Shown: in pieces, positions 26,985 through 39,324 of the stretch | Layout: every line of letters starts with the position of its first letter | How positions within the stretch are numbered: the stretch's first letter is position 1 | Origin: Sphyrna mokarran | Taxonomy: Eukaryota | DNA length: 64,000 nt | Assembly (NCBI GenBank): GCA_024679065.1 | Contig: JAGIQG010000040.1 | Location: forward strand, 7,378,001 to 7,442,000 | Direction: 5' to 3' | The notes under the pieces: model-generated | Database searches by the model: none | Seen by the model: the letters and a program-made list of their open reading frames with translations, nothing else | What the model was told of the DNA's origin: nothing | Program-made: the position numbers and the translations under genes

Positions 26985-27362
26985 GTGTTAAGGCGGCTGT
27001 TGTGCTGAATCAGCCAGAAACGGCGGTCGGGAGACCAGGGTGCTCCCTCAGACTGACCTGCCAAACAAGCGGGTTTGATCTCGGAAGACAATGGATGGCT
27101 TGGCTCCGGCAGCCTCCGGGAGAAGGGTTGGATTGGATATTTTACTACCTCCACTCTGCGAGCAAGCATTCAGCACCGGGAGCAGAGAGCCGATTTACAG
27201 CGTCAAAAGACATTTCAAATAATATCTTCGCTCTGGAGGTGAAGAACCCAGGACCAGAAGACAACGGGATCTATTACTGTGCAATGTTACAGCTGGGGAG
27301 GGGATCGAACGTACTCTGTCTGGACAATTGGGGGCAAGGGACCATGGTGACGGTGGCAGCAG
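26985..27362 (+). CDS. IGHV: Pre-joined (germline-joined) VH-D-JH exon, in frame
   Basis: Reads RVKA|AVVLNQPE..LRLTCQTSGF..WLRQPPGEGLDW..RFTASKDISNNIFALE..YYCA, then CDR3 MLQLGRGSNVLCLDN, then WGQGTMVTVAA and donor G|GTAAGC. No CACAGTG heptamer or nonamer between V and J. Confidence 0.96.
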
Positions 27363-27559
27363 GTAAGCACAAAATGATATTCAGATATTGTAATGTTTTC
27401 ACTTCCATGTTATATTGATGTTCACTTCAATGTACGGAAGACTGGAATCGGTAAAATCTCCGTTGTTTGTTTCTCCCCCTCAATGGTCCATGCGATTCCT
27501 ATGACGATAATTTTCGAATTACAAAGAATAAAGAGATATACACATAGGAGCAGATCCCT

Positions 27560-28130
27560 CGGCCCTGTAAACCTCTGCCGATCAGGATGCCGTAACTATG
27601 CGAACAAAAATACCTTTTTTTAGTTACTCGGTCCATATCCCTCTTCCCTCTGTGTTCATGTCCCCATCCAGATGCCTCTTTTTATGAATGTGCCTGCTTC
27701 CAGGCAGCGCGTTCGAAGCATCCACTATTCTCTCCATTACAAACGTGCCCCGCGCATATCCTTTAAACTTTCCCCCTCTCACCTTGAATCTGTGCCCATT
27801 TGCATCTGATACTTCCAACATGTGGGGGGGGGGGGAACCTCTGACCAGCCACCCGCCGTTCATTATTTTGTTGAAATCTATCAGATTCCCCCTCAGTCTC
27901 TGCGAAAACATTTCTAGTTTATTCAACCTTTCCTCATAGTTAACATCCTCATGACTAGATAACACCCCGATGAAGTTTCTTTGCACTCTCTCCAAAGCTT
28001 CCTTCTGGTAGTTTTGTGATCAGCACTACATGCAATACAACACATCGGGCCTCAACAAGGTTTCAAGTATCGGCAACATTGTTTCCCGACATTTTCACAC
28101 AATGCCCTGGCCAAGTAAGACAAGCATGCC
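27560..28130 (-). mobile_element. Old CR1 fragment at the start of the J-C intron
   Basis: Degenerate ERVQRNF..YEERL..GHRFKVRGGKFKG. Confidence 0.8.
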
Positions 28131-28789
28131 ATATGTCCTTTTGAAGCGGATTATTTAAACACACCGCTTCTCCACATTCATTACATATTTCCATGGATTA
28201 TGCTCATATATAATATGCTTTAGCATCTTTTTTTGCACCTTACTTTTTACTTTGACAATTCACGGGCTTTAGCATGTATTGTCGTTTCTGCAGCTTTTGA
28301 ATCTCCAGGACATCTGACGGTCTGGGCCTTTGTGATGAAATTGTTTAACATTGATGGAATACGATTGCAAGCAGAATCATTTCCTTTGAAGCTATGTTAA
28401 AAACGACCTTAAAACGCATTATCTTCAAATTGTCAGTTATTACTCTAAGGCTCGCAAGTGTTCATATATGGTGCACTATACTTCAAAGTCGTGTAGAATT
28501 ATATTTATCACAAATCTACCGTTTGTTTCATTCCATAATTTAAATGAGAGAAGTCATAATGCAGTGGCATAATTCGTTGATAAACTGACTGAGGGTCCCC
28601 ATATTAACTGACTGAACATATTGCTTCTGCACACAACCAGTTGCTAGCACTCGCTATCCAAGATTGTTCTAATAATTAACAAATTTAGAGAGCTGCAAAG
28701 TTGTTGTGTTTCGTATTCTGGCGGTGTTATTCTCTTGAAACTTTACTGAATGCATGTGCTTAACTACAAAATGTACCAAAGGATAGTTT

Positions 28790-31428
28790 CGGATTTAGTG
28801 CTTAGCTAGCAGATGGAAGACAGAGGGTGGTGGTTGATGGGAGATATTCATCGTGGAGTTCAGTTACTAGTGGTGTACCTCAGGGATCTGTTTTGGGGCC
28901 CCTGCTGTTTGTAATTTTTATAAATGATCTGGATGAGGGTATTGAACATAGAACATTACAGCACAGAACAGGCCCTTCAGCCTTCGATGTTGTGCCGACC
29001 AATATAAAAAGCAATGACTGCCTACTTTGACTGCCTACTTTCAGGGATCTATGCACATACACACCAAGATCCCTCTCTGGCCATTTCAGAGACTTGGGTA
29101 GAGCAGGGACAAGAATGGATGTTGCAGGTTCCGGGGTTCAAATGCTTTAGTCGGAGTAGAGAAGGAGGTAGAAGGGGGGGAGGAGTGGCATTATTAGTCA
29201 AAGACTGTATCACAGTGACAGAGAAGAAGTTTGATGAGGACTTGTCTGTTCAGGTAGTATGGGCTGAGAAGGATGTTGATAAGTATATGGAAGAGAAGGG
29301 AATGGTTTAGTTTGGAGGGGCATTGCTCCACATTCCAGATGTTCCCAGTCCCTGCAGTTTCCTAGTCCAATCTATGCACCCTAATTCTCTCCTGATGGCC
29401 TCATATTTGCCCTTCCCCCAGCTATAACTACTGCCCCCAGCTTCATGCCTATCCCTATCCATCACTAAGGTGAACGTAACCGAATTGTGGTCACTATCAC
29501 CAAAATGTTCACTAACTTCCAAGCCTAACACCTGGTCTGGCTCATTGCCCAGCACCAAATCCAATGTAGCCTCACCTCTAGTTGGCCTATCTACATACTG
29601 AGTCAAAAAACCTTCCTGCACACTTTGTACGAAAACTGACCCCTCTAACGAGCTAGAGCTATAGCTATTCCAATCAATATTAGTAAAGTTAAAGTCCCCC
29701 ATAACAATTACCCTATTACTTTCACTCCTGACCAGAATTGACTTTGCAATCCTTTCCTCTACCTCTCTAGAACTTTTAGGAGGTCTATAAAAGACTCCCA
29801 ACAGGGTGACCTCTCCTCTCCTGTTTCTAATCTCAGCCCATACTACCTCAACAGACAAGTCCTCATCAAACTTCCTTTCTGTCACTGTGATACAGTCTTT
29901 GACTAATAATGCCACTCCTCCCCCCCTTCTACCTCCTTCTCTACTCCGACTGAAGCATTTGAACCCTGGAACCTGCAACATCCATTCTTGTCCCTGCTCT
30001 ACCCAAGTCTCTGAAATGGCCCCAGAGAGGGATCTTGGTTGGTTATGTGCATAGATCCCTGAAAGTAGGCAGTCAAGTTGAGAAGGTTGTTAAGAAGGCA
30101 TATGGAGTCTTGGCTTTTATTGGTAGGAGGGATTGAATTTCGGAGCCGCAACGTCATGTTTGCAACGTACAAAACTCTAGTGCGGCCGCACTTGGAGTGC
30201 GGTGCAGTTATGGTCCCACATTATAAGAAAGATGTGGAGGCATTGGAGAGGGTACAGGGAGGTTTTACAGGATGTGCTTGAGTATGGAGGCAGGTCTTAT
30301 GAAGAGAGGGTCGAGGGATTTGATGGTTTCGTTAGAAAGGAGGCGGGTAAGAGGAGGCACCTAATCGAAAAAATAAGAGATAGAGTTTAGATAGGGTGGG
30401 ACAGTGATAGCCTTTTTCCTAGGATGGAAAAAGCTAGCACGAGGGGACCAGCTTTAAATTAATTGGGTGATAGTTATAGGACGGATATCAGAAGGATGGA
30501 ATAGTAACTTGCAGATGACACCAAAGTCGGAGGATGGTAGATAGTGAAGAGGGGTGTTATAGTTTGCAGAGAGACTTGGACAAGTTGCAGAGCTGGGCCG
30601 AGAGGTGGCAAATGGAGTTTAATGTGGAAAAGTGTGAGGTAATTCACTTTGGCAGAATAACAAATGTGTAGAGTATAGGGCTAATGGTAGGACTCTTAAT
30701 AGTGTTGAAGAACAGAGGGATCTTGGTATATGTGTGCATAGATCCCTGAAAGTTGGCAATCAAGTCGATAAGGTTGTTAAGAAGGCATATGGAGTCTTAG
30801 CTTTTATTGGTAGGGGGATTGAATTTCGGAGCCGCACGTCATGTTGCAACTGTACAAAACTCTAGTGCGGCCGCACTTGGAGTATTGTGTGCAGTTCTGG
30901 TCCCCACATTATAAGAAAGATGTGGAGGCATTGGAGAGGGTACAGAGGATGTTTACTAGGATGTTGCCTGGTATGGAGGGCAGGTCTTATGTAGAGAGGC
31001 TGAGGGATTTGAGGTTGTTTTCGTTAGAAAGGAGGCGGCTAAGAGGAGACCTAATCGAAACATATAAGATTATTAGAGGTTTAGATAGGGTGGACAGTGA
31101 TAGCCTTTTTCCTAGGATGGAGAAAGCTAGCACGAGGGGACATATCTTTAAATTAAGGGGTGGTAGTTATAGGACGGATGTCAGAGGTAGGTTCTTTACC
31201 CAGAGGGTGGTAAGAGTATGGAATGCCCTGCCTGCTGCAGTTGTAGATGCGCCAAGTTTGGTGGCGTTTAAGAGGTTAGTAGATAAGTTTATGGATGAAA
31301 AGGGAATGGTTTAGGTTAGAGGGTCACTGCTTGTTCCTATGTTGGTGTTGCGCCGATGTTGGTCGGCGCAACATCGAGGGCCGAAGGGCCTGTTCTGCGC
31401 TGCAATGTTCTATGTTCTATGTTCTATG
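28790..31428. mobile_element. Scrambled CR1 composite (RT, inverted 3' tail, endonuclease pieces in both orientations)
   Basis: APE motifs ISETW, GGGVALLVK, VFYRPP, MGDFN, LDLV and DSDHN on the minus strand (29327-30021) and partly on plus (29077-29268), interleaved with RT pieces. Ends in a tail at 31428. Confidence 0.9.
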
Positions 31429-32345
31429 CTGTGGAATGTTCCGGTCATTTTAAGTCAGCATCATCTTAGAAACTGATGACATCGAGAATGTTCAATTTTT
31501 TTGATTGCAATTATTAGAACTATAACATGCTGATTCCACCAATGTGTTCGGCACTGCAAGTTTGGTCTGTTTAAAAGTTTTGAGGATTGATGAAATTACC
31601 CAGGGATCTGTGACTTCACCAGTTAGACCATTTACCAGATTGCAAATGCTGATGTTTGTTATCGATCAGGAAAAGTGCCTTTAAGGTTCGACCTGATTAG
31701 CTATGGGCTATTGGGTAGCTATGTTGAAGTTTTTTTTTTCGCTGCTGTATGGGTTAACTCATTTACTGTCAGCTTACCGTATTCTTTGAGAACAATGATT
31801 TGCTTGAAGACATGTGGAAGCATAAACATGCTGTTGTGTAAGAACATAAGAATTGGGAGCAGGAAAGGGTTACCTAGCCCCTCGAGCATGCACCACCATC
31901 CAATAAATTCATGGATGATCTTATTGTGGATTCAGCCCCACCTATCTGCCCGCTTACCATGACCCTTACTTCCTTTATTGTTCAAAAAGTTTTCTATCCT
32001 TGCCCTAAAAACATTCAGTGAGGTAGCCTCAACTGTTTGACTGAGCAGGAATTTCCACAGATTCACAAGCCTTTCTGTGAAGAAATCCCTCCTCAACTCA
32101 GTCCTAAATATGTTCTTCCTTATTCTGAGGCCATGCCCCCTAATTTTAATATCACCCGTAAGTGGAAACAACTTCCCTGCGCTATTTTATCTATTCCCTT
32201 CATAATTTTATATGTTTCTATATGATTTCCTCTCATTCTTCTGAACTCCAATGGGTACAGCCTCAGTCTACTAAGTTTCTCTTCATAAGTCTCAACTCCG
32301 GAATCAACCTAGTAAATTTCCTCTGTACTCCCTGCAGTGCCAGAA

Positions 32346-32445
32346 NNNNNNNNNNNNNNNNNNNNNNNNNNNNNNNNNNNNNNNNNNNNNNNNNNNNNNN
32401 NNNNNNNNNNNNNNNNNNNNNNNNNNNNNNNNNNNNNNNNNNNNN
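32346..32445. other. Assembly gap (100 N)
   Basis: Run of exactly 100 N. Confidence 0.99.
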
Positions 32446-34202
32446 TTAGTAAAGTTAAAGTCCCTCATAACAATTACCCTATTACTTTCACTCCTGACCA
32501 GAATTGACTTTGCAATCCTTTCCTCAACCTCTCTAGAACTTTTAGTAGGTCTATAAAAGACTCCCAACAGGGTGACCTCTCCTTTCCTGTTTCTAATCTC
32601 AGCCCATACTACCTCAACAGACAAGTCCTCATCAAAATTCTTCTCTGTCACTGTGATACAGTCTTTGACTAATAATGCCACTCCTCCCCCCCTTCTACCT
32701 CCTTCTCTACTCCGACTAAAGCATTGGAACCCCGGAACCTGCAACATCCATTCTTGTCCCTGCTCTACCCAAGTCTCTGAAATGGCCAGAAGAGGGATCT
32801 TGGTGTGTATGTGCATAGATCCCTGAAGTAGGCAGTCAAGTGAGAAGGTTGTTAAGAAGGCAATATGGAGTCTTGATTTTATTGGTAGGGGGATTGAATT
32901 TCGGAAGCCGCAACAGTCAGTTGCAACTGTACAAAAACTCTAGTGGGCCGCCAATTGATTATTGTGTGCAGTTCTGGTCCCCACATTATAAGAAAGATGT
33001 GTAGGCATTGGGATGGTTACAGGGAGGTTGTACCAGGATGTGCATGGTATGGAGGGCAGGTCTTATGAAGACGAGGCTGAGGATTTTTCAGGTTGTTTTC
33101 GTTAGAAAGGAGGCGGCTAAGAGGGGAACCTATCGAAACCATATAGATGATTAGAGGTTTAGATAGGTGGACAGGATAGCCTTTTTCCTAGGATGGAAAA
33201 AGCTAGCACGAGGGGACACAGTTTAAATTAAGGGGTGATTAGTTATAGGACGGAATATCAGAAGGATGGATTAGTAAATTTGCAGATGACACTAAAGTCG
33301 GTGGAGTGGTAGATAGTGAAGAGGGGTGTTATAGTTTGCAGAGAGACTTGGACAAGTTGCAGAGCTGGGCCGAGAGGTGGCAAATGGAGTTTAATGTGGA
33401 AAAGTGTGAGGTAATTCACTTTGGCAGGAATAACAAATGTGTAGAGTATAGGGCTAATGGTAGGACTCTTAATAGTGTTGATGAACAGAGGGATCTTGGT
33501 GTATGTGTGCATAGATCCCTGAAAGTTGGCAATCAAGTCGATAAGGTTGTTAAGAAGGCATATGGAGTCTTAGCTTTTATTGGTAGGGGGATTGAATTTC
33601 GGAGCCGCAACGTCATGTTGCAACTGTACAAAACTCTAGTGCGGCCGCACTTGGAGTATTGTGTGCAGTTCTGGTCCCCACATTATAAGAAAGATGTGGA
33701 GGCATTGGAGAGGGTACAGAGGAGGTTTACCAGGATGTTGCCTGGTATGGAGGGCAGGTCTTATGAAGAGAGGCTGAGGGATTTGAGGTTGTTTTCGTTA
33801 GAAAGAAGGCGGCTAAGAGGAGACCTTATTGAAACATATAAGATGATTAGAGGTTTAGATAGGGTGGACAGTGATAGCCTTTTTCCTAGGATGGAGAAAG
33901 CTAGCACGAGGGGACATAGCTTTAAATTAAGGGGTGGTGGTTTTAGGACAGATGTCAGAGGTAGGTTCTTTACCCAGAGGGTGGTAAGAGTATGGAATGC
34001 CTTGCCTGCTGCAGTTGTAGATGCGCCAAGTTTGGTGGCGTTTAAGAGGTTAGTAGATAAGTTTATGGATGAAAAGGGAATGGTTTAGGTTAGAGGGTCA
34101 CTGCTTGTTCCTATGTTGGTGTTGCGCCGATGTTGGTCGGCGCAACATCGAGGGCCGAAGGGCCTGTTCTGCGCTGCAATGTTCTATGTTCTATGTTCTA
34201 TG
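32446..34202. mobile_element. CR1 composite, second copy after the gap (inverted endonuclease piece plus RT to tail)
   Basis: Same order and junctions as 29680-31428. Confidence 0.9.
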
Positions 34203-34614
34203 CTGTGGAATGTTCCGGTCATTTTAAGTCAGCATCATCTTAGAAACTGATGACATCGAGAATGTTCAATTTTTTTGATTGCAATTATTAGAACTATAAC
34301 ATGCTGATTCCACCAATGTGTTCGGCACTGCAAGTTTGGTCTGTTTAAAAGTTTTGAGGATTGATGAAATTACCCAGGGATCTGTGACTTCACCAGTTAG
34401 ACCATTTACCAGATTGCAAATGCTGATGTTTGTTATCGATCAGGAAAAGTGCCTTTAAGGTTCGACCTGATTAGCTATGGGCTATTGGGTAGCTATGTTG
34501 AAGTTTTTTTTTTCGCTGCTGTATGGGTTAACTCATTTACTGTCAGCTTACCGTATTCTTTGAGAACAATGATTTGCTTGAAGACATGTGGAAGCATAAA
34601 CATGCTGTTGTGTA

Positions 34615-35200
34615 AGAACATAAGAATTGGGAGCAGGAAAGGGTTACCTAGCCCCTCGAGCATGCACCACCATCCAATAAATTCATGGATGATCTTATTG
34701 TGGATTCAGCCCCACCTATCTGCCCGCTTACCATGACCCTTACTTCCTTTATTGTTCAAAAAGTTTTCTATCCTTGCCCTAAAAACATTCAGTGAGGTAG
34801 CCTCAACTGTTTGACTGAGCAGGAATTTCCACAGATTCACAAGCCTTTCTGTGAAGAAATCCCTCCTCAACTCAGTCCTAAATATGTTCTTCCTTATTCT
34901 GAGGCCATGCCCCCTAATTTTAATATCACCCGTAAGTGGAAACAACTTCCCTGCGCTATTTTATCTATTCCCTTCATAATTTTATATGTTTCTATATGAT
35001 TTCCTCTCATTCTTCTGAACTCCAATGGGTACAGCCTCAGTCTACTAAGTTTCTCTTCATAAGTCTCAACTCCGGAATCAACCTAGTAAATTTCCTCTGT
35101 ACTCCCTGCAGTGCCAGAATGTACTTTCTCAAGTAAGGAAACCAAAACTGTACACAGTACTCCAGCTGTGGTCTCACCAGCACCTTATACAACTGCAACA
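34615..35200 (-). mobile_element. Old CR1 3' fragment (partly repeated at ~31840-32345)
   Basis: MFPLTGDIKIRGHGLRIR..FRTELRRDFFTERLVNLW. Confidence 0.8.
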
Positions 35201-35762
35201 GACGAACTCACCTGCGTCTTAATTCATGTAGATGTGAAAGAGTTTGCATTTCAGTCAAGGTGAAATCGAACTGAAAGATATAAGTAAGAATCTAATGGTC
35301 ACTGTCAGAGAATCAGGAAACCTGAGGACTGACAAACAACGTTTTTGTTCATGCTCCTGTGTTTCAGTTTTACAGTTCAGTTTTGTTTTGTTTCCACTGT
35401 GTGATATACCTGAGCCTGATTAGTTTGATTGTCACTTCTAACTTAAAGATATAACTTAAAGTTCAAGCTGGGGTCACTTTTAGAATGCATTCCACAATTA
35501 ACCTTACAGAGCTTCAGAGCTCTGTGTAGTGAGATTTAGAATGACCATTCTGTTCTGTATCTGACGCGACATGAATCCCACTGGTAAGTTTCAAAGATAT
35601 TAAGTCTCATATCAAAAAGTAGGCTTTAGGTGTTCTGAGATATATATCCAAAAATCAAAAGCTTCAACTCCTCAGGTTAATTGGCAAATTGTTTACCTAA
35701 TTTATATCTTTGTCCAAAAAAAAAGATGAAGGTGATATGACTTAACAGCAAATCAATATTAA

Positions 35763-36107
35763 TCATAGAACACTACAGTGCAGAAAGTGGCCCTTCGGCT
35801 CATCGAGTCTGCACCAAACACAATCTCACCCAGGCCCTACCCCTGTATCCCTACATATTATACCGACTAATCCCTCTAACTTACACATCCCAGGACACTA
35901 AGGGTCCTGGGATTCTTAGCATGCCAATTAACCTAACCTGCACATCTTTTTCGACTGTGGGAGGAAACTGGAGCACCCGGAGTAAACCCACGCAGACACG
36001 AGGAGAATGTACAAATTCCACTCAGACAGTGACCTGAGCCAGGAATCGAACCCAGGTCCCTGAAGCTGTGAAGCAGCAGTGCTAACCACTATGCTACCAT
36101 GCCGCCC
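35763..36107 (-). mobile_element. HE1-like tRNA-derived SINE, near full length
   Basis: Minus-strand head GGGCGGCATGGTAGCATAGTGGTTAGCACTG (A box), GGGTTCGATTCC (B box), conserved core, CR1-like 3' tail. Confidence 0.88.
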
Positions 36108-37271
36108 AAAGTTGTGTTATGATTGAATCAGATTGATTTGAGCCTTAGCTGTCAAACACGCTAATTTAAAGGAGTGAGTATAAAAGCACATATGTTAATA
36201 TGATCACTGTTTTTTTTTTCACTTCAAATACAAAATATGCCTCTTTGATATGCAGCTAATGTAAAACATTCATAAAGTATTTGATAGCCATTAAAAATGC
36301 AGCTTTTATCAATCGCTAACCCACATCTTAACTGTCCACGAATATTTGCTGAACTGATACAGAGGCAGATATCATCTCTGAATTAGTCTGTCTGTCTATC
36401 TATCTATCTATCTGCCCACCAACTATTTGTCTATCTGTCCGACAGAATATCCGTTTTTTTTGTGTGTCCATCTACTAGATAACGAATGAAGGATCCTGAC
36501 CATCGTTTTTTTTAAAGTTCACACAGGCAATGTATCGTATCAAAACTGTGAAACATTTTGCGTGAATGTTAATGGTGCATTTAAAATTCAATCTTCAGTT
36601 GTCCAATTTTGGGATGCCTACCTAATTAACATCGAAGAGATGGTAAATTGCAGCATAAATTCCGTCAGGTGAATGAGATATGGAAAACAGTTAAAATGTG
36701 GGAAAATTTGACTAAAATTCAAGCTGATATTTATTCCCGTTTTTATCAAAGCTGAATTTTCTGCACTGGATCAGACAACGCCTTTCCATTGACTCCTGTG
36801 CACTATAATAATCAGACCATATTTAAACAAAAACCAAAATATCTTAGTAAATGTCATTCATTGATATGGAAGCAAATACTTCTACGATATAGTCTGATCA
36901 AAGGACTGTTGATTAAGCATCTTACACAGGAATTCGGGAAGGTTCTTTTCCCGGTTAGTTGAGTTGAAAGGCAGAACAATATATTCAAAAACAAAATGAA
37001 AAGCGAGAGTTTGCATACGTGTTCCACCGCATTTGGATAAAAAAAACATCGAACAGAAAATAAAACTGCTGTGAATAAATTAGTTCTACTGGTTGAATGT
37101 ACTTGATGAGCTGAACAGATGATGCCATACGAGTAACTCACGAGTAGAACTTCGCTTTTCAGGCTTATGCATTCTCTTATATAAAAGTGATCTTTCTGTT
37201 GATGTGTTCTGTTAGCATTTCAACTCACAAATGCAACTTACGATCAACGTAGACATAGAAAGACATTGACG

Positions 37272-37603
37272 TAGAAACCTTACAGTACAGAAAGAGCCCA
37301 TCGAGTCTGCACCAATCACAATCTCACCCATATTGTGATATCCCTACATGTCCCTACATGTTTATCCACTGACCCCCTAACCTACACATTTCAGGACACT
37401 AAGGGCATTTTTTTTTAGCATCGCCAAACAACCTTACCCGCACATCTTTAAACTGTGGGATGAAACCGGAGCACCCGGAGGAAACCCACGCAAGCACCAG
37501 GAAACTTGTACAAATTCCACACAGACAGTGACCCAAGCCGGGAATTGAACTCAGGTCCCTTGTGCTGTGAAGCAGCAGTGCTAACCACTGTGCCACCGTG
37601 CCG
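37272..37603 (-). mobile_element. HE1-like SINE ~100 bp upstream of Cmu1
   Basis: Same head, core and tail as 35763-36107. Confidence 0.88.
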
Positions 37604-37706
37604 ATGATTGGAACTTAATTAGAACTGTTACCAAACTTCGACCTTTTTGATGATTTCAAAGCACTTGTCAAAATGCTAACTTGTTTAGTTGAATGTTCTT
37701 TCCCAG

Positions 37707-37997
37707 AAACACCGTCCCCGCCCTCCCTCTACGCTCTGCTATCCTCCTGTGAAGACACAGACGCTGTGACCTACGGCTGCTTGGCGATGGATTACACCCC
37801 CGAGCTCGATAGCGTTTCCTGGAAGAAAGATCAAGCAGCGATCACCACTGGATTGAGGACTTACTCTTCCGTGCTGAACAAGAAGGGAACCCACACTCTG
37901 AGCAGCCAGTTAACCATCACTGAATCAGAGGTGGGAAGCAGCATCATCTACTGCGTGGTTGAACGCGGCGGATCGGTCTGGAAAAAGGAAATGCCAG
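37707..37997 (+). CDS. IGHM: IgM constant exon Cmu1
   Basis: Acceptor TTTCCCAG; [52 protein letters not shown]; donor G|GTTAGT. 291 nt, phase 1-1. Retains the N-terminal Cys expected for light-chain linkage. Confidence 0.95.
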
Positions 37998-38104
37998 GTT
38001 AGTGTTGTAGGATGTATGGGATGCCATGGCCAGTGTGGGTGAATAGACAATATGGTCAGCAGATAAATTACATTCAAATTCGGGATATCCTGAATTAGGC
38101 TGGA

Positions 38105-38800
38105 GTTAGAATACCGTACAGAGTTCAGTTTGTCATATCATGCTTATTCTCTTGTCGGACTTCTAATCCACACTGCATGCTTAATGTACTGTCTAAAGTT
38201 TTTGGCTCCATATCACATGTATTGCATTGTGCACGGTCCCAATCCGTATATTACACTTAGCGTGCTGTGTGTGAGCTTTCCTATTATTCACATTACAATT
38301 GTTTTACAGTGTACAGTTTGAGCTTACCATTATACTTAGATTACTCTGTGCAGTTCTGGTCTTCATTTCACACATAGTGCGATGTACTTTGCAGCTCTCG
38401 TCCAGTTTTCACACTTATTGTGACCTGCGCATTTCTGGTCTCCGTGTAGCACTTAGTGATTTGTGTCTTGCTCTGGTTTGCACATCACACTTTATGCAGT
38501 TTTGGTCTGCACATCACGATGTAGAGTCTATAGCTCTGGTCTCCACATCAAATTTAGTGTACATTTGTAGTCTCCAACAGGAGATCTGGTGAAAAAATGT
38601 ACATTTCTGTTATACACATTACTGTAACTGTACTGTTTAATTTTTTGGTTTGAACGTCTCAATGTAATGATTTGTCCATAGTTCTGGTCTCCACATCACA
38701 TTTAATGTGCCGTGAACAGTTCTAATTCCACATCTCACTTAGTATACGGTGAACTTTCTTTTCGTTTCTTATCACACCTATAACACGTAGCGCAATTGTG
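38105..38800 (+). repeat. Degenerate ~38-bp minisatellite in the Cmu1-Cmu2 intron
   Basis: Recurrent core (c/t)agttctggtctccacatcacactt (for example near 38351, 38498, 38531, 38678 and 38717). Confidence 0.7.
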
Positions 38801-39324
38801 GTTGAAAGTCACAGGAATTACATGGAAGTATTTGATTAACAGTAAACATACATACAAGGGAAATGGCAAAGCTCTCAGTTCATCACAGCCAAGGAAGTAA
38901 ATAGGATGTTGTTGTTTTCAGTGCAAGATGAAAGTCTGGCGTGTGGCTGCATAAAGCTGAGCAGATTGGCAAACTAAATTGATAGATTAAACTAAACAAG
39001 CATTTATATAGTGACTAATAACTGTGCATTCCTCAAATTAAAGCATTCTTTAGACAAATAATGGGCTGAATGTGTAAATGATGCAGGGGATACTTTATTT
39101 AGGTCATAATCAGTGGAATAATGGTTGGTCTATCAGGAAAATGAAAATAAGGCGATTTTGATACAGCTAGGTGAAGTAAGATGGGGACATGTTCATATGC
39201 AAATTAAACTCCGGCATTGAACTACGCGGTCAACTGGCCTGCTTTTTAAGTAAATCGTTTTACAGTTTAGAATGGCTTGGCTTGTAACAAAATTAATTTA
39301 AAAAAAACTTGTATTTTCTCGAAG

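Noticed and set aside
26985-27362. IgNAR, IgW or TCR-delta identity, or a processed pseudogene
   Set aside because: The V is followed by four mu-type C exons with an IgM tailpiece and TM, and all introns are present.
38105-38800. CRISPR array or canonical Ig switch region
   Set aside because: Eukaryotic context with degenerate tandem units and no unique spacers. It lies downstream of Cmu1 rather than upstream and is not densely AGCT/G-rich.
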